Assembly (NCBI RefSeq): GCF_964355755.1
Contig: NC_092680.1
Location: 2,666,001 to 2,730,000, forward strand
DNA length: 64,000 bases
Direction of reading: 5' to 3'
DNA from: Antedon mediterranea
Lineage: Eukaryota; Animalia; Echinodermata
Positions 54,133-64,000 of this stretch are shown piece after piece. The position numbers were made by a program, and so were the translations under genes. Every line of letters begins with the position of its first letter. Positions within the stretch are counted from its first letter, which is position 1. A model generated the notes under the pieces. It was not told the origin of the DNA. It worked only from the letters and a program-made list of their open reading frames with translations, and made no database searches.

Positions 54133-54516
54133 GTAAATAGTATATATATTTATTATATTATAGTATATTAAACAGGGAGTTTCATTAGCCGAGTGCTTAA
54201 GGCTACTATCGTACATTGGTTGAAAAATTAAGAGGATAAAGACGTCGAACATTCCTGAGTTATGATTGGTTGCGCATTTTGTTTACATCACGAAAAGTAG
54301 ATGAAAATATTAATAGTATAGTCAACGATTGCGTTTCGCACGAATAAATTCGCCTAAAACAGGAAATTGTTCAACACTTTTTATCTTGTTTCTGTCATTA
54401 CTTCGCCACTTTATTTTGTCCCAATGCACACTCTCTATCTCTCTTTAATGCAAGCTTTCAGCTCATTTTCACGTTCAGATGAATACGGGACTAGTTATAA
54501 TAATATTATGTCTTAA

Positions 54517-54721
54517 AGCTTGGTTCCCATTGGAAGTAACGCAACATAACGCAGCGACGTATCGACGCAAAGCGCTGTATTGCGTAATCGCAAGTGGGAA
54601 CCGACGACGCAATCAGTGCTGCTGCAAACGTTTGATTTCATGCAGGCGGGGGAAAACACAATTATCAGGCATTTCCTTACGTTGCGTTGGTTGCGTTGCG
54701 TCCGGTAGTGGGAACCACGCT
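54517..54721. mobile_element. MITE family B copy (intronic)
   Basis: taa|agcttggttcccatt...agtgggaaccacgct|tta. Confidence 0.8.
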
Positions 54722-54964
54722 TTACCATTGTTTATGGCCAATTCGTTGTTATCCACAAATTACTGTAGGCTTAATATCCAAAAAATGTAATTAAATAGTA
54801 CACCAAAATCGTTTCAATTACAACCATTTTACAACCACATTCTTTCAGTTGTAAGTACGATTGGAAAACAAGTCCTTTCATTTTCAAAATGGTACAATGG
54901 GCCTTTTTTGGTTGATTTATGTTAATGTTAATAATAATGTTTATATTGTTTATTTTTATTACAG

Positions 54965-55111
54965 TTAATGACCAGTCACCCAATTCACCAACTTCACAGC
55001 CCATCATAGAAAACATTGCGAATGCTTTAAATGGTGGAGGTACGATGTATACTAGATGGGGACGTACCACGTGTCCCACGTTGGAAACAGGTGCACAGCT
55101 AGTGTATGATG
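54965..55111 (+). CDS. Short-chain collagen A exon 5 (start of NC1)
   Basis: NDQSPNSP...GGGTMYTRWGRTTCPTLETGAQLVYD(G). Confidence 0.9.
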
Positions 55112-55156
55112 GTAAATATTGATTTATATTATAAAGCCCCTTGATCAAGTGCATAA

Positions 55157-55557
55157 AGCGTGATTCCCACTAGCGACGTTTTGACTATGCTGTATTGTGT
55201 AATCACCAGTGGGAACCGACGACGCAACAGACGAACACAAACATCGCAGATTTTATTTCACGCAGGCGGAGGCGGCAAATACAATTATCGGAAGGGCATG
55301 TTCTTACATTGCATAAGTTGCGAGGCGACAGTTCGAATAATCCATCGCTTAGATAGGTCAATTCGCTTGCTTTACGGCATACGTCCTCGCGTTGCGTCCT
55401 ATACGTCCTCGCGTTGCGTCCTATACGTCCTCGCGTTGCGTCCTATACGTCCTCGCGTTGCGTCCTATACGTCTTCGCGTTGCGTCCTATACGTCTTCGC
55501 GTTGCGTCCTATACGTCTTCGCGTTGCATCCTATACGTCCTAGGTGGGAACCAAGCT
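55157..55557. mobile_element. Composite MITE A/B with internal 22-bp tandem expansion (55379-55543)
   Basis: taa|agcgtgattcccactag...(tacgtcctcgcgttgcgtccta)x~7...gggaaccaagct|tta. Confidence 0.75.
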
Positions 55558-55953
55558 TTAGGTTTGGTGGACACGAAGAAAAATTTAAGCCCTACTTTCG
55601 GAAACAGAATAAACAGAACCGACAGGAAATCGGTCAACCCATCACGTGGCAATAATCTTTAGTACACCTAATACTTTTTTAGAAACATAAAAAGTAAAGG
55701 AACAACTTAAATATCAGGAAAAGAAACAAAAATCGCAATAATTGTTATCATAAGCCAAATCAGAGGGTCTACTAATAAGTTTGGCATAGGCCTAATTAAA
55801 AAGTAAAAAATAGATAAATAACATTCTAAATATATAATCATAAACTGTTTCGGGGCTTGACTTATTCTTATCATAAGTTGAATGAATTTTATAAACATTT
55901 CATATTTGTATGAACATTTATTGACTAACATTTTGTTTGCAATTTATTTTTAG

Positions 55954-56179
55954 GTATAATCGCCAGTGGATACTTCTCTCATGTTGGCGGTGGCGGTAAT
56001 TACCTATGTTTACCAAACAATCCTGAATGGGGAAATCATCAAGACGGGATACAGTCTAAGGCGTACATCTACGGCGCTGAATACGAGCTGACGGCGGGAA
56101 ATAGTCCGTTCTCTACGGACAATGCCGAAGTGCTACACGATCAAGATGCAACGTGTGCCGTTTGCTACGTTCCTTCGAG
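55954..56179 (+). CDS. Short-chain collagen A exon 6 (NC1)
   Basis: IIASGYFSHVGGGGNYLCLPNNPEW...YIYGAEYE...ATCAVCYVPS(R); donor AG|GTAAGT. Confidence 0.92.
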
Positions 56180-56229
56180 GTAAGTGCATCGTAATAATTT
56201 AAACAATCATGTCGCATGGATCATCTTAA

Positions 56230-56420
56230 AGCGTGGTTCCCACTAGAGCGCAACGCAACGCATGTTGTATTGCGTACCACAAGTTGGAACCGAGGACGTA
56301 ACAGTGCTTCAAACATCCCAGTTTGAATTCACACAGGTAGGGGCAAACACAATTATTGAAAGGGCATGATCTTATGTTCCGTAGGTTGCGTTACGTTGCG
56401 TCACTAGTGGGAACTAAGCT
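56230..56420. mobile_element. MITE family B copy, TAA TSD (intronic)
   Basis: taa|agcgtggttcccactag...ctagtgggaactaagct|taa. Confidence 0.8.
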
Positions 56421-57013
56421 TAACTGTCGCTCGTAATTGCTCAACTCTCTTGCATTGCGCGCATAATTGTATTGCGTCCGAGTGGACCAAGATTGAACAG
56501 AATTTCACGGGTGCGCAGTTGGCCTTTCCAAAAACAAAAAGTTGTTTTCCATAATTATTCAAATAAGCAACATAGGTATTCTTCAACAGTACCATGTGTC
56601 CAGATACGGTGTGCAAATGATCCTGAGTGACCTTAACGGAACATCCGTGTTCAGGGTCGATCTGAAAGTACAATTATGTTATTATAGATCTAAAGTATAG
56701 ACATTTGCTTTTTAATGAGTATATTGACGAGAAACGACATGATATACGGTGTTGAAATACGGTCACAGCCCTTTAGTATAGTACACAGTATATCGGGTAT
56801 GGTTATCTGATTGAGTGTTGGCAATGTATCAGAATCGCTAATATTTCCCTTTCCTCAATTATGCTGTTTCACACAAACAACTTTTAAATTGTATTTTCAC
56901 GAAGTAAGATAATTATTTTACCATTAGTTCCAAAGGGGATAATAGGACTATTACTTCCATTTTAAAGCTTCCTCATACAAACTAAATTTTCTTGGGGGTT
57001 TTCCCTACTTTAG

Positions 57014-57275
57014 AAACGTGAAGATGATGCTTCCGGCTAGAAGGACGTGTCCAGAAAACTGGACCAGAGAGTATCATGGCTATATTGTGTCGTCTCATTA
57101 TCAACATCAACGCTCCGAGTACATATGTGTGGATGAGGCGCCGGAAGCGCGCCCTGGTTCTTACGTGAATACCGAAGGCGTTAGATTGAACCCGGTGGAA
57201 GCTCAATGCGGCAGTTTGCCTTGCCTACCGTATGTTGACGGTCGAGAATTGACGTGTGTTACTTGTACAATATAG
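57014..57275 (+). CDS. Short-chain collagen A exon 7 (NC1 end)
   Basis: NVKMMLPARRTCPENWTREYHGY...YICVD...CGSLPCLPYVDGRELTCVTCTI, TAG. Confidence 0.93.
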
Positions 57276-57469
57276 TAACAATTATAATTAAAATGATGAT
57301 ATATAACATATGATATTATGAATTATTATAATTATAACGATAACATTCATATTACATAAAAGCTTATAGTGACATTTGTATTACAAAATAGGCATATTAT
57401 TTTGATAACATGTGGCGAAACTGGCGGGACAAGTAAGAACTTAATTTGACACAATGCGCCGCGTAATTT

Positions 57470-57692
57470 AAATGCTCATGTGACTGCAATGCGCATGTGA
57501 TTGCAATGCACATGTGACTGAAATGCGCATGTGATTGCAATGCGCATGTGATTGCAATGCACATGTGATTGCAATGCGCATGTGATTGCAATGCGCATGT
57601 GATTGCAATGCACATGTGACTGAAATGCTCATGTGATTGCAATGCGCATGTGATTGCAATGCGCATGTGACTGCAATGCGCATGTGACTGAA
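57470..57692. repeat. 17-bp minisatellite (gcaatgcgcatgtgatt), ~13 copies
   Basis: Direct reading; it accounts for the repetitive ORFs 57397..57708 and 57468..57719. Confidence 0.93.
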
Positions 57693-58531
57693 ACGATGAT
57701 AAAAGCACAACAAATACATATAACTACGTAAATCAGTGGAGACACTATAAGCATGTAGTTTCTACCATAACTCCTCTATAGTATAACGAGCGAATGAGTA
57801 GGCCTACAGTATGCCAATATAATGTCGTAAATGTCTCAAAACATGCGGCGTTTTTGTACACTATTTTCTTGTAATGAAAGTATAATTTTATTCCTTATGA
57901 TTTTTTTCACTGTAGTTACTTGTTTCTAATAATGATATATTAATCAATGTTTTTTAATAAACTGTTTTTGAAAACTACACAGATCAGATGCAATAATTAT
58001 TTTCAGAATCTTAAACAGTGACAACAACCTTTCATCTCCACATTTTAGTTTAGCAACCAACATAAAGGCCCATTTACACTAGGACGATAACGATCGACGA
58101 TAGATATATAAGCATGCATTTGTTTACCTAAAACAAAAAAAATTAGAAAGGTTTTCGTTCTAGAACTATAGGATAATCATTTATCTTGATAAAATAATAT
58201 TTGTTAAATCCCAATAAAATGACGTCATAATAAATAAAAAACAATAAATCGTTGTATTGTCACGATATTATTGCTCTTACTAATCATGACGTCATTTGAT
58301 TGGATGTGTGAAAATATAATTTTCCTCAAAGGAAGCATGGATGGGTATTCTATAGTTCAAGAATGAATTTTTTTTTTGTATTTCTTTTGTTTTATGTATG
58401 AAAAATAATAATAAATAATAATAATAATATCCACAAAGTGCTCAAGGCGCTTGTGAAAACCATGAGAAATGCAACCATGAAACTAACAAATTTATCCCAC
58501 GAGTTGTGTTCTTAAACAAATTGAGGATTTT

Positions 58532-58770
58532 CTACCCTCTGCGATATTTATTATTCATCTGCTGTTTGTTTCTTTGCCTGTTTGTCTGTTAGCAGGATAA
58601 CGTCAAAACTAAAAGACGGATTTTGACCAAAATGACAATCCGGACTATGATCCCAATTCTGGAGATGAGATGATGACCAAATTGTGACCTTCTTCTGATT
58701 ACTAACTGAAAACTACATAATTTGTATTTAAACATTAGACAGGAGAATGTAATCTCTGATTGCTCTTGTT
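58532..58770 (+). mobile_element. Possible HINE/Helentron-derived element
   Basis: (tgtt/tgtc)n microsatellite, gtctgttagcaggataac...cggattttgaccaaa core, ctcttgtt end. Resemblance only. Confidence 0.35.
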
Positions 58771-59406
58771 ATGAATTGGTTATATTAAGGAAAAGTAAAA
58801 TTGCTTCATTCTTTCCTTGCTGCATGACACCAATGTGGAGGATATAAAATGAACCTGAATTGTGAAAAGTTTCTTAGTTTGAGGAAGGAAGAGTGAAATC
58901 TTTCCTGGTTTGAGTGAACAACAAGCTGGTAGCGCACCAAGTTGTTCTATAACAATTGTGCAACTTCTGCCGCCCTCTATATTTCATTCATATTTTACAC
59001 GCTAGGATTGGTGTATTTGTATTTTGAAGCTTGGGATACAAATCATACAATAAAGGAAAAATGTCAGAACGTAAATAATTGCGCTCTATTATTCTTTATT
59101 CATAATACTACCTCACTACGTTCAAATTAATAGAATATTACTATAAGAGACAAGCTTGGTCAAAGAATTAACATGTATCTTGTTTTTATTACACTTAGTT
59201 CACATTTATTTAGCTATCATCATTGATGTTAAAAGTTTGTCAAAGATGGCTGGCTAAAGATGTAACCATTTGAATAATTTGAAAACTGATCGCCACATGG
59301 GTATTTATCAATATATATCAATAGGCAAACTAACAATATAAAAACAAATAATCATAATCATAATAATCATAGAATTATCTTGTGAAATGAATTTCAAATC
59401 AATTAT

Positions 59407-59897
59407 TTAGATTGTACACACAGCACAAGTCAATTCACGACCTGCGACATATGGCAGACAAGGTAAAGACCCACAAGCTCCCTCAACAGGATAAAGTAGA
59501 GCGCCGTTTTGATCTGATCCTGTTCCCTGAACAACTTCCGGAGATCTGTCTACGCAGATGTATTGTGTTTTTTGGAATGAATTAAGTTGACTAGTCATTA
59601 AGTAGCCAGAGTATTCTTTTGTCCAACGTTCTGGACAACTAGTTTTAGCGGGAACCATGAACTCTGTAGCACGTGTAGGAACTCGGCAGACGGCACATGG
59701 AACGTTGTGATTGGTCAAAGTCGCAGCGTTGTCGTGTTCAAACGGATCAAATTGTGCAGTTTCATATTCTGCACCATAGATTTTAGAGTTTAACGATTGA
59801 CTCACGTCGCTAAATTTGTCCCAATCTGGCTCCAGAGGAAGGCAGACGTACTCCGACGAACCTCCTTTGTAATTATACCACGAACCTGCAGCAATAC
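59407..59897 (-). CDS. Short-chain collagen B exon 6 (NC1)
   Basis: GIAAGSWYNYKGGSSEYVCLP...YGAEYE...PCAVC...CGSLPCLPYVAGRELTCAVCTI, TAA. Confidence 0.95.
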
Positions 59898-60354
59898 CTT
59901 TAAAAATCAATCAAAATAACCATCAGACCTACTTGCAGGTATAGTCTACTAGACTTGGCCCAAGTCTGTATTTATTGCCTTTTTCTTATATTAGTTCACC
60001 AGTCGACGTTTCGATTGTTGTATGAAAATACAAGCTCAAGTAGTATACGTATGCCGAAATATTTATCGTTTTACTACTATTAAGTCAAAACTCCGTCTGG
60101 TACACTAACTATAACTATCAAGCAACAGACTGGGACACACTAGTAGGCCTACTAAAAACTTGAGAAATCTTTACAGATAAAAATTGCGTTAGGAGTGTGT
60201 AGGTATGCGGGTTTAGTATTATTTCACACCTATTCATATCATTTTATTTTGCTTTAGGTATATGAGTATTACATGATCAGGCAAATCAGTCGTTTCGGCT
60301 CTCCTAAAATTACGTTAAATATTTGTAAGTAGTTAGGGTATCAAACATGCTTAC

Positions 60355-60471
60355 CTTCGTAGACTAAGTCTGTTCCTGTATTCGGGCAAGTCGTTCTTCC
60401 CCATCGTATGTAGACTGATCCACCACCGAATATTCCCAACGTATTTGGTGACGTTTCATTGAGGTTTTGAT
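60355..60471 (-). CDS. Short-chain collagen B exon 5
   Basis: DQNLNETSPNTLGIFGGGSVYIRWGRTTCPNTGTDLVYE(G); donor G|GTAAGC. Confidence 0.92.
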
Positions 60472-60557
60472 CTGTTTATATATAGGATTCTATTATAATT
60501 AATTCTGCAATTAGGATGAAGATAGTATGTATATATAACATTAAAAGTCTTGACTAA

Positions 60558-60699
60558 AGCCCTGTCTACACTAACAAACTTTATGTGACAAAAAAATGGG
60601 ATGTGTCCATCTATGGACATGATGATGTCATATCACTACCATAGTTGGGCACATCACACTTTTTTTGTTAACTCTTAGTTTGATAGTGTGGACAGAGCT
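60558..60699. mobile_element. MITE family C copy, TAA TSD (intronic)
   Basis: taa|agccctgtctacac...gtgtggacagagct|taa. Confidence 0.8.
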
Positions 60700-60829
60700 T
60701 AAAATAATTCTTAGGCAATTTTAATTCAGTTTCATCATAATACTCCAGCCGATTCTGCAGCGCTCTCTTTGGAGAATGTAACTGACTATTATAATAAGTA
60801 GAATGTATCTGGTAAACTGTACTTCAATC

Positions 60830-61013
60830 CAGTGGCGTAACACAGAGGCCACTGGTTTAGGAACCCTAAGTGACCCTCCAACGCTGGAGACGTTTTCAGC
60901 CTTTTTCAACATATTTTAATGCCTGTTGTTTCCTTTGTGCCCTACTTGGGGCCTCTGCAAGCTCCGGGATCCCTGGGTTTAGCCAGTGAGCGCTCATAGC
61001 CGTTACGCCACTG
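60830..61013. mobile_element. hAT-type MITE (12-bp TIR, 8-bp TSD), intronic
   Basis: cttcaatc|CAGTGGCGTAAC ... GTTACGCCACTG|cttccatc (7/8 TSD match). Confidence 0.8.
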
Positions 61014-61048
61014 CTTCCATCAATGAGAAACTGTAAGCCTATACGTAC

Positions 61049-61199
61049 CATCAATAGATTTGATGAATATTGAAGCGACATCCTGTGGATTAAACTCACA
61101 CGCATCACCTTTAGCTCCAACAGGTCCTTGTTTACCAGGTTCGCCCTTAGCACCATGTGTACCTTTAATACCCCGAGGTCCATCGTCACCTAAATCACC
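61049..61199 (-). CDS. Short-chain collagen B exon 4 (11 triplets, Cys)
   Basis: GDLGDDGPRGIKGTHGAKGEPGKQGPVGAKGDACEFNPQDVASIFIKSID. Confidence 0.9.
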
Positions 61200-61339
61200 C
61201 TACAGTAGTATAATAGTAATAATTTGAAAAAAATATAGTGCACTTAACAGCATAGTTTATCAAAATAAATATGTAGTACTTTAGACGATTATCAATAGTT
61301 GATAGATTGCAGTAGGCCTACAATTAGCTATGAATGTAC

Positions 61340-61455
61340 CTTCTGGCCACGGTCTCCAGCAATACCAGCAAGACCAGGACTTCCAGGAATTCCAGGTGTA
61401 CCATCTCGTCCATCACGGCCATCTGATCCGTCTCTTCCATGTGGTCCCATCGGAC
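61340..61455 (-). CDS. Short-chain collagen B exon 3 (13 triplets)
   Basis: [39 protein letters not shown]. Confidence 0.92.
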
Positions 61456-61659
61456 CTGTGACAACAATGTATGCTTATATTAACTATATTATGATTCTAA
61501 TTCTAAGATTTGAATATTATTTTTGCGTGGAAATGTGAAAGTGGATTTGCCATAGCAAATATTTTTTACGGAACTTTTCGACAATTTGTGAAAACTTAAT
61601 AGGGGATGTTATGAGGCCGGCTGAATGTCTGGACATGGGCTCGAAAACGCCAAAGCGGG

Positions 61660-61811
61660 GTTCCCAATAATTGTGTTTGCCCCGCTTGTGTGAAATTAAA
61701 CATGCGATGTTTGCAGCACTGTTTCGTCGTCGGTTCCCACTTGTGATTACGAAATACAGCACTTTGCGTCAATACGTTGCGTTACGTTGCGTCGCTAATG
61801 GAAACCACGCT
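61660..61811. mobile_element. MITE family B, truncated copy (intronic)
   Basis: Family B core plus right TIR ...ggaaaccacgct|taa. Confidence 0.7.
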
Positions 61812-62012
61812 TAAAGTGGCATCGATAAGGCGATTCTGAGAGAGCTGTTTTTGAGCATTCATTTTGTTATTTTCCATGTTGCAAAAATATCGAGAAAGCT
61901 AATGTTGACCTCCCTTATGCGCAATTTCCCTCGTTCATTTTCAAAACGCTGTAGTAACAATGTTACTTTAAAAAAAAAACTATATAGTCTGTCTCGATAC
62001 GGGTTCCCTTAC

Positions 62013-62154
62013 CTTGTAGTACATTCCAAGCGCTCTCTGAAATGTCGCGCCGACGCCTTTTGTAAAAACCAGGACTTGTCGTTGGCGAGTTTACTTGAGT
62101 TCTTTCTTTCTCCAATATATCTCCGATAATGTGTTCAAGTTCGTTAACTGTAAT
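62013..62154 (-). CDS. Short-chain collagen B exon 2 (coiled coil, furin site)
   Basis: ITVNELEHIIGDILEKERTQVNSPTTSPGFYKRRRRDISESAWNVLQ(G); ttttag| acceptor, G|GTAAGG donor. Confidence 0.8.
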
Positions 62155-62321
62155 CTAAAATATATATTAATTATAAGTGGAGCAAAGATATTAAAAAAAA
62201 ATTAACAAACATGGTTTTCAATTGTAGCTAAGGCTTGGTTCTGACTAGGATGTAACGCAAGGACGTAAGCGTAACGTCATTATGTCATTATGTGTGTAAT
62301 ACATTGTAAGTTATAAGTTAC

Positions 62322-62504
62322 CTTTAAATCAGCGACGCTTTTTTCCAAGTCAGAAATTCGATGCAGATGTTCATTTCTGGTGTAGATCTGCATCAATGAA
62401 AATGCGAACGTCAGGGACACAACGAGAACGCCTACAAATACGGTGAGTCGACACACAGACAGTCGAGACTTGTCGTCTGCATTTGTCTCCATAATCTGCT
62501 TCAT
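62322..62504 (-). CDS. Short-chain collagen B exon 1 (short N-tail, hydrophobic anchor, coiled coil)
   Basis: MKQIMETNADDKSRLSVCRLTVFVGVLVVSLTFAFSLMQIYTRNEHLHRISDLEKSVADLK; donor AAG|GTAAC. Confidence 0.78.
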
Positions 62505-63768
62505 TTTAATTTATACAGACAATAATATCGTAATATTTAATTTCTGAAACTGTTATTTAAGTATATACTTAACAGCCTCAGGGTTCTTTAAGCACTAAAC
62601 CGGCATTTACGGAGTTTAGACATCTTATTAATATCACGTGATTAGTAATAAAAAGATGATACCCTGGAATTTTTGGGGGAAATTTTAGGTTTCAAATTAT
62701 ATTTTGAAACTAATCGCGTGCAATATTGTTTCCTTATTGATATTCACATTTACTTTTTCCCATTAATTGTATATGCATAATATTATGATATCCAATGACA
62801 TTATAGCAACAGTACACTTTAGTCGCATTGCCATATTTCCGATTTCAGGAACCTGTCCACTTGAGTGGTTTTATGGTGGAAGGAAAACATCATGATTCGA
62901 TATAGATAGACAGAGGGCAAAATCATACGAAGTATTGAAATGAAAGGTCAGTAAGCCGACTCATAGCAACAACAAAATAATAAATATTATTTTTATATTA
63001 TTTTATAAAATTAAGTTATTATGACTTATGCTGGTTATTTTGCTCTGTATAATTTTGTTTATTCTGCAAATCTAAATTTCAGTAAATAAAAAAAAGATAG
63101 AAATTAATGTACAACACTGTTAATTGTAGGCCTTCACGCCATAATGTACACTCCCAGTCCTTCGATCCGCATGTCCTGGGAGAAAGTAAGCTGTGTGCGA
63201 CATACCTAGCTTCACGAGCCCAGCACAGGAAAACCAAAACATAATCTCTGTACCATTGTACTGATAACTTCATTTTTCAACCGAACATAACAGATGTATC
63301 TGTTTGTTATATTCTCACCCATCCATCTAGATTTTACATCTGTTGATAAAGTAAGTATTCAAATACCACGTGTTTCATGTTGACAAAAAAAAAACGATAT
63401 AAAAATAGCCCTTTGCCATACCTAATTAACCTGTTTAATAATATAGAATAATTACATTTAGCCAACGTTGCCGTCATCAACCAATGTGAAATAATAAACA
63501 AATAATACATAAGTTTTAATACAGATATTTTATTAGGCCATGATTCGTAACAATGTCTTTGATTTTTCAATGTTTTTCTCATTTTCATATTATGTACTTT
63601 ATCTAATTCCATTTTGATATAAGATGTTCTTTTTATGTGATAACTTTTTTATATGTGCAATATTTTGTAAAATTTTACACAATTTAGCCTTTGGCTACAA
63701 TGTAAATTTTCATTTTATTGAATAAAAACCTTGAATTGAATTGACAACCCTATGAGAACGAAGCATTA

Positions 63769-63910
63769 AGCTCTGTCTACACTATCATCAAATCATCGGC
63801 AAATCAGTGTGATGTGCCCAAATATGGTAGTAATATACACAAATATAGAAGTGATATGACATCATCATGTCCATATATGGGCACACAACATTTTTATGTC
63901 AAATAAAGAG
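63769..63910. mobile_element. MITE family C copy (right end decayed)
   Basis: tta|agctctgtctacactatca plus family C core. Confidence 0.7.
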
Positions 63911-64000
63911 ATTTATACTGTATCATGACATTGCATGTGAATAAATACGAATTAACAAAAACATTATGTATACATTATAACATACTATTATTGAATTAAA

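Larger units (their letters stand above)
52702..57275 (+). other. Gene model: short-chain collagen C4-like / spongin-short-chain-collagen-related protein, paralog A, 389 aa
   Basis: join(52702..52860,53445..53541,53670..53794,53979..54132,54965..55111,55954..56179,57014..57275) = 1170 nt, phases consistent. Hydrophobic anchor, RHER site, 25 Gly-X-Y triplets, Cys-rich NC1 (YTRWGRTTCP, NYLCLP, YGAEYE, CAVC, CGSLPC). Confidence 0.85.
59407..62504 (-). other. Gene model: short-chain collagen C4-like / spongin-short-chain-collagen-related protein, paralog B, 399 aa
   Basis: complement join(62322..62504,62013..62154,61340..61455,61049..61199,60355..60471,59407..59897) = 1200 nt, all GT-AG, same phases as paralog A. 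Anchor, KRRRR/D site, 24 Gly-X-Y, NC1. Confidence 0.88.

Noticed and set aside
57397-57719. His/Cys-rich repetitive ORFs as metal-binding proteins
   Set aside because: Translations of a 17-bp minisatellite whose period is not a multiple of three.
44012-61762. Similar-looking ORFs (44012, 54479, 55160, 61517; 'YCVIASGNRRR') as a gene family
   Set aside because: All are translations of MITE family B sequence.

Overview
AT-rich, intron-containing animal genomic DNA. It is most likely a marine invertebrate; an echinoderm or similar is plausible but cannot be determined from sequence. Most ORFs in the supplied track are spurious or run past splice sites. Reading GT-AG boundaries with consistent phases gives four complete spliced gene models. 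(1) A 3-coding-exon GnRH/AKH/corazonin-receptor-like rhodopsin GPCR (+, 33694-38166, 375 aa) with a divergent ligand pocket. (2) A 9-exon SLC24/NCKX Na+/Ca2+(-K+) exchanger (+, 46452-51732, 498 aa) with Glu in place of the alpha-2 Asp linked to K+ dependence. (3, 4) A convergent pair of paralogous short-chain collagen C4 / spongin-related genes (+, 52702-57275, 389 aa; -, 62504-59407, 399 aa), both with an N-terminal hydrophobic anchor, coiled coil and furin-type site before the collagen and NC1 domains. The first ~33 kb contains no convincing CDS: minisatellites, many TWA-flanked MITEs, Helentron/HINE-like elements, L2-type retroposon tails and candidate distal promoters. The most striking non-genic signal is about 37 copies of the palindrome TAGGCCTA, plus TACTGTA/TACAGTA/TACC(G)GTA. 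In two repeat contexts these motifs appear as insertions into a single TA, which suggests accumulated DNA-transposon excision footprints. All coordinates and counts were read by hand.
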